Positions 27,701-41,000 of a stretch of 64,000 nucleotides of DNA are shown piece by piece. The position numbers and the translations under genes are program-made. Position 1 is the stretch's first letter. Each line of letters starts with the position of its first letter. This DNA comes from Paramecium tetraurelia (taxonomy: Eukaryota). A model generated the notes under the pieces. That model was not told the DNA's origin and searched no databases. It saw nothing but the letters and a program-made list of their open reading frames with translations. The stretch lies in assembly GCA_000165425.1 (NCBI GenBank), contig CT868097.1:502867-566866 (forward strand). The letters are read 5' to 3'.

Positions 27701-30700
27701 GATCGAAAGAAGGATCCAAGTCCTTTCCCACATTTTCAATCAACACCTATTTACCAAATTAGACAGCCAATTCAAGAGTTCTCATAAGATTGGGGTCGTT
27801 CACCTTCAACACTTCAATACCCTCAGCATGTTCCTTACCCATATTCTTAATGAACTTATTGGCCTAATTTTAAGGATCAATCATCAGAGGATATCTTCTG
27901 CTCTTATCAATAATGATACCATTTTCAATGGATGTATCATCCTTAGGTAATCCTGCAATATTCCAAGATTATATTTTAACAGGTACTCCCAAAAATTGAA
28001 CCATGGAGATATGTTCAGTATGTTTGATGGCCAATTCGATTAGGTTCTTTCTCCACTTATTCTCTAACCCTTGTCTATAACTAGAGACAAATGGTCCTGC
28101 ATAAGCAAGCATAGCAGCAGACAACAAGGAATTACCAGGAATCAGAGGTTCCTATAATTAGAGTTTATCAACATCGGCTGTCCATCTAGTTTTTTCATCT
28201 GATAATCCACTAGTCAATTTTTAGGCTCTGACTAATTTAATTTCACATTCTTAGATCTTTTTTGATAGATCTTCCTTAAGTTTGACTTTTTCATCGAATT
28301 CCTCCTACAACCTCTTGATTTTCGCATTGACTGCATCTAATTGCTCCTTTTTCACTCTAAGTAAGGCTTGTTTCTAATCCACAATCTTCTGAGCTTCTGC
28401 TAATTTATCTCTCAATGGTTGAGTTTACAAGAAGATCTTATTGTAATCATACATGGCTTGGCACCAACTGTACATATATTTGATGGCTAAACTGCAAATA
28501 TTAGCTCTTTCTAGTTTGAAATCTGGATCACCAATAATCTTCTGTTCCAGTTTTCTGATGTAGGCTTGATTAATATTGTCTCTCTTGTAATCCAATAATT
28601 AATCTAAGAGTTATTTTGTATCATTAAGTAAGTACTTCTTGGCTGTGCTGAAATAATCTTCGACTTTCTTCATACCTGTTTCATCTTTCATCATTTGTAT
28701 TTCACCACCTTATTCTTTGATGAAATCCTATAACAAAATGACACAACCTCCGAGAGTGATGATAGCAGCTCTGGGAGGATTTGGTAATGACTTGACTTCT
28801 ACTAAATGTTCTTTTTTCAATTTCTACACTTCAATCAAAGTAGTTTCTAAGATTCTATTGGCCTCAGCCACTGATTCTTCTGCTTCTCTCTTAATTTCAT
28901 TAGCCTTCTTGGTTTCTATTTGAGCCTCTGCCTCTTCGACTGACACAATCTTTTGAGTTTCATCAGCCTCCTTTTTGTCCACTTCCAATCTGGCCATGAC
29001 CTTTTCTGTTTCAATAGCAGCTTCTTCCAATTTCGGTTGCATATCCTTAAGTTGAATCTGCATTTCTGAGACTGCCTCATTTGCAGCAATTAGTTTATCC
29101 AGACCACTCTTGAGACGGTTGATTTAAAATTTAAGTTCATTCTTCTTCTCATTATTGACTGACTTGAACATTGTGATTAATTCTAAGAAACTTGTTGGAG
29201 TGACATAATTATAACGACGCAATTACTATTGATATTGGACTGAAACTTGTTCGACTGACTTATGCATTATCTTACACATTTCAACGATCTTCTCTAACTA
29301 TTCACTAAAGCCAAACTCAGTTGCATATTCAGTCAGCTATCCTCTTCCTACACCTACCAAGGCTTCTTCAGGCCATTCTGTGAACCAATCTATGGTACAG
29401 CAATTGACAAGTGAAGGGAACATACGCAGACGAGTTTGGAATTTATCACTCAATGGAGACATCGCTAATATTAAATGGATGTTGTTCTTCACTCTTGCTA
29501 AATATTAAGCAAAAATATTATTGGGAGTTGGCTACAAGTTTCTCTTCAGACACTCTCCTTTACATGATGTAATAATTTCATCCATGTCCTTATCTTAATA
29601 GAGATTTGTGACATCTCCTGAATTCAATATGGAATTCATATCCTCTAACATCTATTCATTGATGATTTAAGTATCCACAAAAATAAATGACACTCCTTTG
29701 TTCTCAACTCCTGCCATCATCAGTACTTTCTTAACATCTTCTCTCCATGATCTCATGTTGTATGTCTTAATCACCTCAATCTAAAACAGTCTATAATATG
29801 AGATGAATGTGGCCATCTTTGCTAGAGATTATCTACCACTACCTCCTACTCCCAATAGCAGTGCGTTTCCTTATGGTTGTCTGAGTACTCTACTTATACG
29901 GCATATGTGTTCGCATGCATCCAAGAATAACACCAACTTCATTGACTTTTTACCACCCAATCCTGCAAATGAAGGATCTGCATTGTACTCCTACTAGAAC
30001 TCATACATCTAATTTGATAGCTTCTTTAAATCATTAACCAAAAAGTAATGTCTGGGTTCCACATCTCTACCTTATTAGAAATCTGCAAAGATTATACGAT
30101 CCAAACTGAGGATATTCGATTTCTCTTAACCAAAACGAGAAAATAATTCTTCTAAAATCGATATCAAATATTCTCTATCTTCTGTATTGATCAATCTGTC
30201 ATGGAAAACTCTCATGTTCTCATGGAACCACAATTAGATAATAGATTTTGCATCTGTGCAATATTTCTATGAAGCTGAACAAATTCCTTAAAATACTTTA
30301 TTAATATCTCTTAAGTTAAAAGTATAATGAGACTTCTTAGGAGTTGGTAAGAGTTCTCTCTTGACTCTTTCATACACTTATAGTACTGTGTCTACCAAAT
30401 TACCAATTTAATTTCTTATGTCTTCACTGAATCTTCTCAAAAATGAACTCACAAGGGTTCCAAATATCTATTTGATTGTTAATTAACCCAATTCTGTGTA
30501 TGCAATGATGTTGTAATGTCTCATCAATCTATTTGTAATAGCACTTCTACCACCTCCAGGAGGTCCCATTGCTGACAATAAAATTATGTCTTACAAATTC
30601 ATAAAGAATAATTCCTTTCTATTATACCAACCTTTGTGATCCATGTATTATCTCAATAGTTCAATTGGGGGTTATGCTCCATATTCCTCTTTCTTAGGCA

Positions 30701-33700
30701 TATTCAGATCATCCACAAAAATAATGCATTTCTTAGGAGGAGGAGGACCATAATACCCTTTTCTTCTCTTTGTCAACTTTGAATCAATTGTGTCTTAAGT
30801 CTAATTGGCACTGGTCTATGCTGAGAATGACAAAGACATATATTGATAGTCTTCACCCATCCTTTAGATCAACAAATTCATAGCATTAACGGTTTTTCCA
30901 GTTCCTGTGGGACCTGGGAATAGACAGTGATACATGTTGGATAAGAGAGTTTTCATTAGATGCATGTTTCTAGTTGAGTCAGTGGTGGGAATCAGAATTT
31001 CAGAGTAAGATAATTTAGGATCAACTTCATAGGATTTGAATTGGTCATCCCAATGTGTCCATTGTTTGGTACGCTCATTGAAGAGATAATCAAAAATAGA
31101 TCCTTCTTATGGGAAAGTAGCCTTTGATTTACTAAACTACTCTTTAATATAATTGTTGATCTTCTCTCTGCCATCTTAATCTACAGTGCAACACAAACTC
31201 CAAGTCAAACAAAAAGCAAATATAGGTTCAATTTGTTATTCTAAATTGTCGATATCTTCTTTAGGTACCTTTTTAATTTCTGTATCCTTATATTGATGTA
31301 AATAACAATTAAGTAATCTACATAGTGATTAAGTGAGATTATTATTAAAAGTACCAACTACTTCTTTAAGATTTCTCCTCATATATTCTAAAGTGGGTTC
31401 TAAATATTGCTCAAACAACATGCTTAATTGTGTTACTATTTTAGGTCTATCTCTGCAATGTGGGGGTAAGGTATTTAACCAAGATTTAATTAATGGCTGT
31501 AAACCCAAAGAGACAGGCTCCATGTAAACCATACCACATCTACTAACAGTGGCAGGGGATGCAACAGCCAAATCCTCAACCTCAAACATCATAGTCATGT
31601 AAGGAGTCAAGGTCAAGATCTATCCTGAATTCAAGCATAATTTCTTATTGTCATCCAAGACTGTATTCATAGATTCGATCCAAATAGCATCAACAGGGCC
31701 ATCGAACATAATCCAGTGTCTTTCAGATGTTTGATCTCTACAAACTTCTCTTACTGTATAGGCTAATATACCATCATTCCATTCTCTTGTTTATTCATTG
31801 AATTGACCATACAACTGTCCCATGGTAATGGACTTGGGATTCAAGATGTGAGTGTGCACCTTATAATACAAGGTGGTTTAGAGTGCTGAGAGGGCACGAG
31901 CCAATACATTGTAATTACTGGTTTTGCCTCCCCCTGTTGGTCCCACCAACATTAATCCATGTCTAACTTGGATTGTATCGTACAATTAATTGATTTTAAC
32001 CAAGAAGGATTCTGTACACTGCAAATTCATTGATTTGCAAGCTTCCTATATCTGCACCAACAATTCTCCAATGTCAACTTCTGGTTTTTCAATGCCTGGA
32101 AATAGATCTTTAATAATGTTGCTAAAGAGTGGCAGATCATCCTTCAAGAACTTAGGCACATTGACATCCATCAAGGCTCTCAACAATAATCGATCTTCGT
32201 CTTAATCGGGGTCAGCTGCCTTCAATAGACCTGCAGCATTAATAACAGATCGCACTGCTCTCATACCATAATCGTAATGATCTTAGGAACTCAACTATTC
32301 TGAACTCAATTTAAATGTGTAAACCATCTTCTTAGCCAATTCTCTACCTTTCTTAAATCCGAAAGAATAAAGCATAATTTCTCCAATCAAAGCGTAATCT
32401 GGAACCATCATAGCCACTGGTCTGAACAAGGCTTTAAGATTGTCAGGCAATTCAGTTCTACCTGCATAACCAGGATTCATGGTAATAAACACAGAGAAGG
32501 TTGGATCTAAACGAATAGAACTGCCTTCAAAGTCTGCAGATGCAGCACCTTCAGCCTTCTTACCAAAGAGAATTAACAATTACTGTGCAATAACTGATAG
32601 CACTTCAATGTTGATACGATTGAACTCATCAAAGCAAGCCCATGCTCCTGCACTTGCCAATCCTTTAAAGAACTTTCCTACCATTATGTAATCCATCTAA
32701 TCTGAACAATTAAACACCACACATTGTTTTGCCAAAGCCTTAGCTAAATCCTTAGTAGATTCAGTTTTACCAGTACCTGCTGGACCAGCTGGTGCACCAC
32801 CTAAATTCAATTTCAATGCTCCCATCAATGTCATATAACATTTATCTGTCAATGGAGTAATGACCAATCTCAAAGTGTTTCCTAAATACTCATAACCATA
32901 AGGGAAGTTAGTTTAAATACATTTCACAAAACAATTATCCTATTCCCAATAATATCTCAATTATGATATCCATTCGAATGCTGAGACATCTTCAACGTTT
33001 TCTTTTTGCAACAACTCCACAACATCCTTAGCATGCACATCAATAACAATCAATGCATTTATAGTAACCATTTGCATCTTGGTTAATTTAGTTCTCACCA
33101 AATCGACTAAGTTATTCAATTACCCTTATAATAATTCCAAATAAGTCTTAACATTCTAACCCTTGATGGCAGTTTCAACTTCCTTTGTCCAATGAACCTA
33201 GGATCCATTCAATACACATTGTCCTGGATGCATAGTGACCCATTTGATTCTTGGAACTTCCACATACTAATGGACAGAATTAAGTAAAGCAGCCCTAACA
33301 CTCTATTTCATCTAGTCTTCAACATCATTCATCCAGTCTTCTACATTCTTATGATTTGGATCAATGACTTTAACAAAATTGATCTTTTCTCCTTCTGCTG
33401 AGAACATCGCATGAATCTTCTTGCTGCCATCGAATTCAATTTGATTAACATTCTCAAACACCTTTCTTAAATGTGGTTGCACTGCAGTTGGTTCTTTGGT
33501 CTATGACAATATTTCCAACAAGTCATCATTGGATAAGAAATAAAACCTAGCGAATCTTTCTCTTTTTCTCTCCAAATAATTGTTCAATTCCTTTTGAATT
33601 TATTCCAAACTATTATACCCCTCTGTCAACTTCTCTAACAATCCTTCAGCAGAACAAACCTTCAAGACATTCAAAGTATTCTTTGAATTAATCATAATCA

Positions 33701-36700
33701 ACTTCCAATTTTGATCAACAGCCTTGAATCTCTTTGATTCCAAGGGCAATTACTTTATGATGTCTTGACTGTCAAAAATGGGTTGCAAATACATCCAATT
33801 CACCTACACCTTAGCCCAAACTTCAAGAATATCACTGACCTTCTTCAAAGTGCTGTTCCAATCATTCAGAAGTCCTTCAAAAGGCTTTTTAAAAGGCGAG
33901 AAAAGCATAGCCTAAGTATTGACAATATGTTCATCCAGGGTATTGCCTATATCATCGAATCCTCTAATGATAAAGGAGATGTTCTTATATCCGACTACAT
34001 CGAAATTGATCTATTCCCATTAAGCCATCATAGAGTTGAGCATTGTTTCAATCTAGAATTCCTTATAAGCTCTTTCTCCTATCTCCATACAATCCTCAAC
34101 TATCTTCATCAAACCCATGTCGATGGCCTTAGTGAATGTAAATCCAGGAGCAGGCTTGACTTCCTACCCCAACTTCTAGGATACCTACTCCCAATGTCTT
34201 TCCTTCATCCCCTGCTTCCTCAAAGCAACCATCAATGGAACCTTTGGTCTAAACTCCTCCAAGTAAGATCGGATGTTCTAACCAATTTTCAAAACTGGCT
34301 GAATATCCTTATCATTAAAATGCTTATTCACTAATGCAGTCGTCTTGTAGGCTTCCTCCATGAATTTTTCACAGTAATCTGCATCCAACTTTTCAAAATC
34401 GTCATTCCTCCAATGCTCAATATTCTTAAACCATTGATTGGTAGTCAACCACAAATCTGAATATGGTCTGAACTCCTTAACCATTTGCTATATTACACTG
34501 TAATCAGTTTATTCCATTTCAAACAACAGTTCTCTTGAATTGAATTGCCTTGCATTCTCTTAAAACTTTTGTAACTAATCATTGATTCCTCTAACTCTCT
34601 AAGCAACACTCTCGTGATCATCCATATTTTAATATGAATAGAATGTTGAGATGGTTATCTACAATGATTTCACTTATTCTAAAAAGAAATCCTACTCCTA
34701 TTTCATTTTGTCTTAGAATATGCTCTTCTCCTTTTCTAATGCCTACGATCTCACATCCACTAATTCCAGGATTTCTTTAGGCCCACCATAGACCTACCAT
34801 CTTCTTTGAATGTCCTCAGGCTAGAATCTCACTTTGAATGGCTCTAACAAATCATATAATTCACAAGACTTATCAATATCTTCCTTCATCTTTTCCAATT
34901 CTTGAGGCAGATTAGCCATATATTGTTTTATTTCTGTGAGCTTTTCAATGTCAACTGGAGGTTCATTCAATCGCAATTTCACCTTCTAAACTTCATCATA
35001 CAAAGCCAATGTTGATTATTTCGCTCTTTTCACTATCACTTCTATAAGCAATTTGTACAACTATTAATATTTTCCTGTCAATAATTAACTGATCTCTTTG
35101 CAATTCACCTTGAAACAGCCAACTTAAATAGAGTCAGGTATTTGTAATTTCAACTTCTCTTCCTTCTTTTACAATTCCAATACTTCATCTCTGATCAACT
35201 CTGTCTCCTTTGGTTTTTCCTCATTATCAACTGTCTTAATGTATTCTTCTGGTCTTATCATTAGGATCTCTTTGTAAACTTAGAAGCACTTCAAATACTC
35301 ATCCAATGCCACAAAGGATTTATCCAAGTGTTCACTGAGTGCATCAAACAATTTATTCACCCAAATGTTTTCATCGAAGAAATAGGGATCTTAATTACCA
35401 AATGGATCATTTGTGATCTGAGACTTCTGAGGAACCTTATAATACATTTCTGATCTTGTTCCTTTGAATATCTCCTTCATTAATTTGGGCTCTAAATCAG
35501 GAATCTTGGCTAAATCCTCCAAAGCCTTATTAAAGATAATCAAAATTGTAGTTGCATAATTTCTGATCATTGTAGAGTAACAGAAGTTATCCTCATTGAT
35601 TGCCTTGAGCAATTCAATTGTAAATAAGGGTTTCACAGCTCTTGGATCATAGAAGCTGTCTGGATTTTTCTGACTTAAAACCAACCCATCTGCAAACTCA
35701 TTTATTACATCATCAGGTCCATTGATAATAACATTATTAGGTATGTAACTTCTAATATACTTGTCATAATTGTTGAATGACTTTTGTGATAAATTTAAGA
35801 TAGCATCTTGAATCATCAATCTAACACAAGCAAAAAATTTCTTGAGTCTTCCTTTCTCATAATTATTTCTATCTGTTTCTTTTAAATTGAACCATTTATA
35901 TTGGGTGTACCAAGATTTGTATTTATCTTTCTCAACCTCTTTCTCTTTTTCCTTGTCCTTGGGTTTTTCTTTGTCTTCCTTTTCTTTATTATCTTTTTCT
36001 TTTTCTTTCTCCTTTTCCTTCTCTTTCTCCTTTTCTTTCTCTTTCTCCTTTTCTTTCTCCTTATCCTTATCTTTCTCTTTATCTTTTTCTTTCTGTTGTT
36101 ATTCCTTGTCTCCAAATTACTTAATGATGATCTTCTCAACATCTTCCATAAAATCCTTCCTCAATTTGCTCATAGATGTAACCAATTATGAATCATTATT
36201 TTATTTGAATTCCTCCAACTTATAAGGAGATTGACTTTATCCATTGATGTAAAAGAACTCCAATTCCTGTAATTGATTGCACTTTTCAGTGATCAATTGT
36301 AAACATTTCACTGATTCAGGACTAGCCATGATACTGTTCAACAAGAACTCTTTGAATATCTCTGTGAAGCTCTTAGGCTCATTAAAGAACACTTCATGAG
36401 GTGTCCACATGTAAATTTCCTTCGCCCCTTTTTTTGCTTCCAATGCTAACATTCCATAGTAATTTGGGTCCTTTTTGGGGGGAACTTCAGGGAGCACCAA
36501 TCCATGAGGCACAAGATCTGTTGGATTGGCTGTCAAATGATAATCGAACAGAATTCTATTCATTAACAGTTAATAATCAATGGCAGCATCCATCATTAAG
36601 GCACTTATTTCACTGAACTCAAGTTTCTTGTTCTTCCTTATTAAGTCTTCGATTTTCTTTTTCTATTCATTGGGCATATCTGGCAAATGATCTCTGGGCA

Positions 36701-37327
36701 TACATTGGATGAAGGCACTCTTCTTGAGAAGGGAATGAGCAACTATTCTGTGGTACCAGGCGTAGGCAAATCGATCAGCCCACTTGTTATGATTCTCGTG
36801 ATCGAAACACAAATAGACTCTTGGTATCAGGCGTTTCCCCAAAGAGGGCATTACACATTTGAATTTCCTCTTTGCTTCATCGTATCCAATCACCTACCCT
36901 CTTTCAAATGTCACATCGTTTCCATTACAAATGACAATTTTAGCTGTTACTTCGTAAGGCTACTCATCAAATAAAACATTCTCAAACTCTATTCGGTCAT
37001 CCACAAACACCTGCTCCAATCCGACATCATCATGTATTTGTAACGGAAGCTATCTTAAGTGTTAAGTCGGGTCATTAAAATCAACTCCCTAATCTAATTT
37101 TGTATACTTACTTTGCTTAATAGCAGTTGCTGCAAATCAATTGAGTTATTCTCATCTCTTTTCTGAATGAAATATTCTTCCTTACTCAGAGCCACTTTTT
37201 GATTAGCATTTGGATCATAATCTTCCTCTATCGGCATCTCTTGTTTATAGAGGCTTCTATATTGGAATCGCTCCTTGCTAAATTTAAATTAAGCCTTCTT
37301 TGAAGGAGAGGCTATTAGATTTGACAT
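24728..37327 (-). CDS. DNAH1: Axonemal inner-arm dynein heavy chain, single-headed DNAH1-like
   Basis: [23 protein letters not shown]1 [41 protein letters not shown]2 GPTGGGKT, P3 GPTGTGKT, P4 [36 protein letters not shown]-terminal [15 protein letters not shown]-terminal IPRVYLCFD block as in DNAH1. Very few introns. The heavy-chain identity is certain; the subfamily is inferred. Confidence 0.93.
35925..36112 (-). repeat. Low-complexity purine-rich tract encoding a (K/E/D) alternating-charge insertion in the dynein tail
   Basis: The + strand is tttctcttttcc.../ctttctcc repeats. The dynein frame reads [31 protein letters not shown]...[15 protein letters not shown]. Confidence 0.9.
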
Positions 37328-38068
37328 ATTAAATAATAAATTAATAAATAATCATTTCCCTATTGTCTTTATTCGCTTATTAATTGTCTTCTCACACATT
37401 TTATGAGATTTTGAAGATCTTAAAATCTCTAATAACTCTAAAAGTTCCCATTAGAGGCTGATTTAACCTTCATTTTTAAGCTAGTGTAATACCAATTTGA
37501 AAATGTTTCGAGAAATTAGTATAAATGTAAATTAATTGTTATTCACAGAATTTATGAAGAAATTTAAATTCTAATTAAGGACTTTGATTAATATGACCTA
37601 TTAAATTGTTAATGAGAAATATAAATGATCCATAGAATAAAGAACCTCCTCATTATAACTTGTAAATTTAAAAATAAATTAATATTTAATTTAGGGATTC
37701 CTCTTCACAATAAGAGAGGAGCTTATCAATTTTGCTTTATTTTCATCCTCCTCTTGATTATATCATTTTTAGTATTTTTTGGGTTAAGAATTCCTTTGGA
37801 GAGATATGAGCTGGCATATCAGCGATCATATCCATATAATGTATCATAACAATTTATGTGATTATGACCATCAGAGACTCAGAGAACTTCCCAAAGGCAG
37901 ATTAAGCGAGAAAGTAAATGGATTTAAGGAAGTTAAAAGCAAATTAGCATTAAGTAATACCATACGCAATAACATAAATGAATAAGATAGCGAAAAGAAG
38001 TAAACTTAATCAAGTTAGGATAAATTGAAATAAACTTGAAATATCGTAAAATATATATATAATATTTT

Positions 38069-41000
38069 TCAATTATTCTTTTTAAATTCAACTTTCATCA
38101 ATTTTCCCATATCAATTATTTACTCTTAAACAAAAACAATCTATATATATAAAAACAAAATGGTTACTTTCTCTTCTATTTTTTAAATAAGTTCCTTCTC
38201 TCGAATTCCTTTATTGCCGTCTAAATCTACCAATTCTCTAGCTTAATTAAATGGAACCCAACAAAGGTCTTCCTCTTTCAATTTCTAATCAACATAACTC
38301 TCGATTCCTGAATATTCTGTCTTCTCTTTCCATTTCAAATAAGCGAAGAAGTAAACATAATTCCACATGTAATGATTTATTTTTATGTGTTCTCTAAATC
38401 CCCCATTGCTTTTTGATTGTAATCGATCAAAATCAGCTCTAATAATACATACAATATTTATACTTTAGATTTCCACATATGAAGCAATTGTCAACCATAT
38501 CTTTCAATTTATTCTCTTCCTCCTCTCTCAAACTTCCGAATGTGTCAATAATAATACCAGCCACAATATTAAGCATTATAACACCCAAAGTAATATTGCT
38601 AACTTCATCAAAGAAGAATCTGTCAACGCCTAATTCTCTGGCAACATTGTTCTTTCCAAGTTCTTATTAGACATAATCTCCTATTGAACCTCTAAAGGTC
38701 CATTCAACGTTCATCATAAAACAGTATAGTAGAGTATCGCAATATCCTGCAAAATCATTTGATAATCTCCAATAAGCAAAAATAGTAAACACATAAACCA
38801 ACAAAAACAGTAAGAAGAATGTTAAAATTAATTAAGTTCTGGGACGATAAACTGATAAGATGATATTTTTCAGTGTTGGATATCTAAATAGAATTTCAGT
38901 TAAATGAAATATGAAAAACAAGGGATGATAAAAAGTTCCTAAAATTGCAAATAAACCGTATGCTATGTAATACATCACCTCTACTTCTTATAAAAAGCTT
39001 AAAATGGTTTGAATAAATTTGTAAAACATGTCTATTAAAATAAACAGAGGATTTGGATCTTGATCATCGAATAACCCTTTTTATAACCAAGCTCTCTTCA
39101 GAATTAAAGGCGCATTCTTCAGTAAGTAAAATGATACAACAAATAAGGATAAGCAAGTCATAACAATACCAATAATATAAATAATAGTCTTCGTAATCAT
39201 GGGATTAAAGCTTTCATATTAACTAAAAAAGATGTAATCTTGAACTCTGTCACCTACTGTTCCATCAAAGCTGAAAAGTATAAATAAGTTTAAAAATAAA
39301 GTCAGGAAAAATGCCAGTTCTCTCCACAGTTTAACATAATCAGTCAACAAAGCTAAGTATTTTTATCTATCAAATAGTCTCTTCAAATATTCTTCATGTT
39401 TGCAAACTTCAATCAAAGTAGGTGCTACGTTCATTAACCCTTAAACCTTTGATTAGGTAGTACTTCTATCCACCTGATCATGAAATAGGATTTTCTATTC
39501 TTTAGGTAGATATTTGGTAGATGGTAATTTAATAAAATAAACTACTTCTAGATTCTCATCATGCATAACATCGATATGGGCACTATTCTCTTGATAAAAG
39601 TTGATGGCCATTTGCAAATCTTGTCTATATTGCTCTTCTTTGATTCTTTATTTCTCCTCCTCTGACATATCTGGTTAAACTTAATTATTTTTAAATTAAT
39701 CAGTAGCCAAATTCTTCATTGAATTCAAAGTTCCAAATAAATTGCTGATTAAGGCAATTGTAAATTAAATTAACATATAAATAAACGAATCTTTGAATAT
39801 TTGCCAAACTTCATTGCTAGTTTATGTCTTTAATATTTTCTTTTTGTACGTCCTTGTAATTTTAATTATTGGACTTACAATGTAGGGATCGCATTCCATA
39901 TAATAACTCATTAAGAAGAATAGAAGAAATCCATTTTGTAAGATGGTTTCAAAGTAAGGCTACTATTAAGAGATTTGTTTTATTCTATCAAATTTGCTTT
40001 CTTTCATTTTCCTAAGTTTATATGGATCAACTGAAAGATGCTCTAGAGATTCGATTTCGTATTTATCTCCGTATATTTTGACATATTTATTATATTCGTT
40101 GACACAATGCTTTTCTAATAAATTTATTGGTAGATTTCTCATGATTCTTTTTAAGATAGGATTATTTTGGCTTATTTCGCTTCCTTCCAATAAACTCATG
40201 ATCAAATTCAAGATTTTGTTCATTAATCTACAAATCTACCATCTTTATAATGGTTAATCCAAAAGAGATTTTCGTTTACCAATTTATTCAATCTCCGCTG
40301 GAGGTGATAGTATATACTATTGAGAAAACAAATCAGCAGCTATATCCAAAAATTTCGATTCGGAAATTGCTTTTTAATTGTCTGAACAAGGCCCTTAAAC
40401 CAGTTCATTTAAAGTATCTAAACATTTCAACATATTGTCATAGTTTTTTTAAATACGACCATCATAATAATAAGTCTTAAATAGATCAGTTATTGCATTA
40501 GTTAAATCATAATTATTTTTGGAGTTAGTCTGTTCTCTAAAGTAATTTTATAGTTTTCTATAATGTCCTTCAACAGCATTTTGCAAGAATGTTAAGACTT
40601 CCAAAACTAAACTTAAATCTTCTTCAAATTCGTGATAATCTATCTAAAGTAATCCTGCAGATTCATCTTCAGATCCTCCCTTAGATTTAGATAGGATTTC
40701 TAAATTTTCAATTTGCTTTCGAATTATAAAATAGATTTTCTAGAAGATATTTTCAGATTGACTGAAATTTATCATAAAGCTGTATATAGTTCCTTAGACT
40801 TGATCATTTCCTCCATCTAACAAAGTGTTAATAAATTAAATAAAAGACTAGAGATATGATAAATATTAATACCATCATTAATTTCTTGTCTTGGTTATTT
40901 TCACTCAAGACTAGCAACACCATTTATGTTGCTCCTAATTTATCAAATAGATTTTGCATCTCCACTTTTCTTGCTGGATCAGTGTCAATTATTTTTTTTA

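Noticed and set aside
33765..34334. Longest ORF in the track (189 aa, + strand)
   Set aside because: It is an antisense shadow of the dynein CDS and has no recognisable features.
35882..36225. ORF-track poly-Lys/Arg, poly-Phe/Ser and poly-Phe/Leu ORFs
   Set aside because: These are alternative-frame or antisense readings of the K/E repeat inside the dynein heavy chain.
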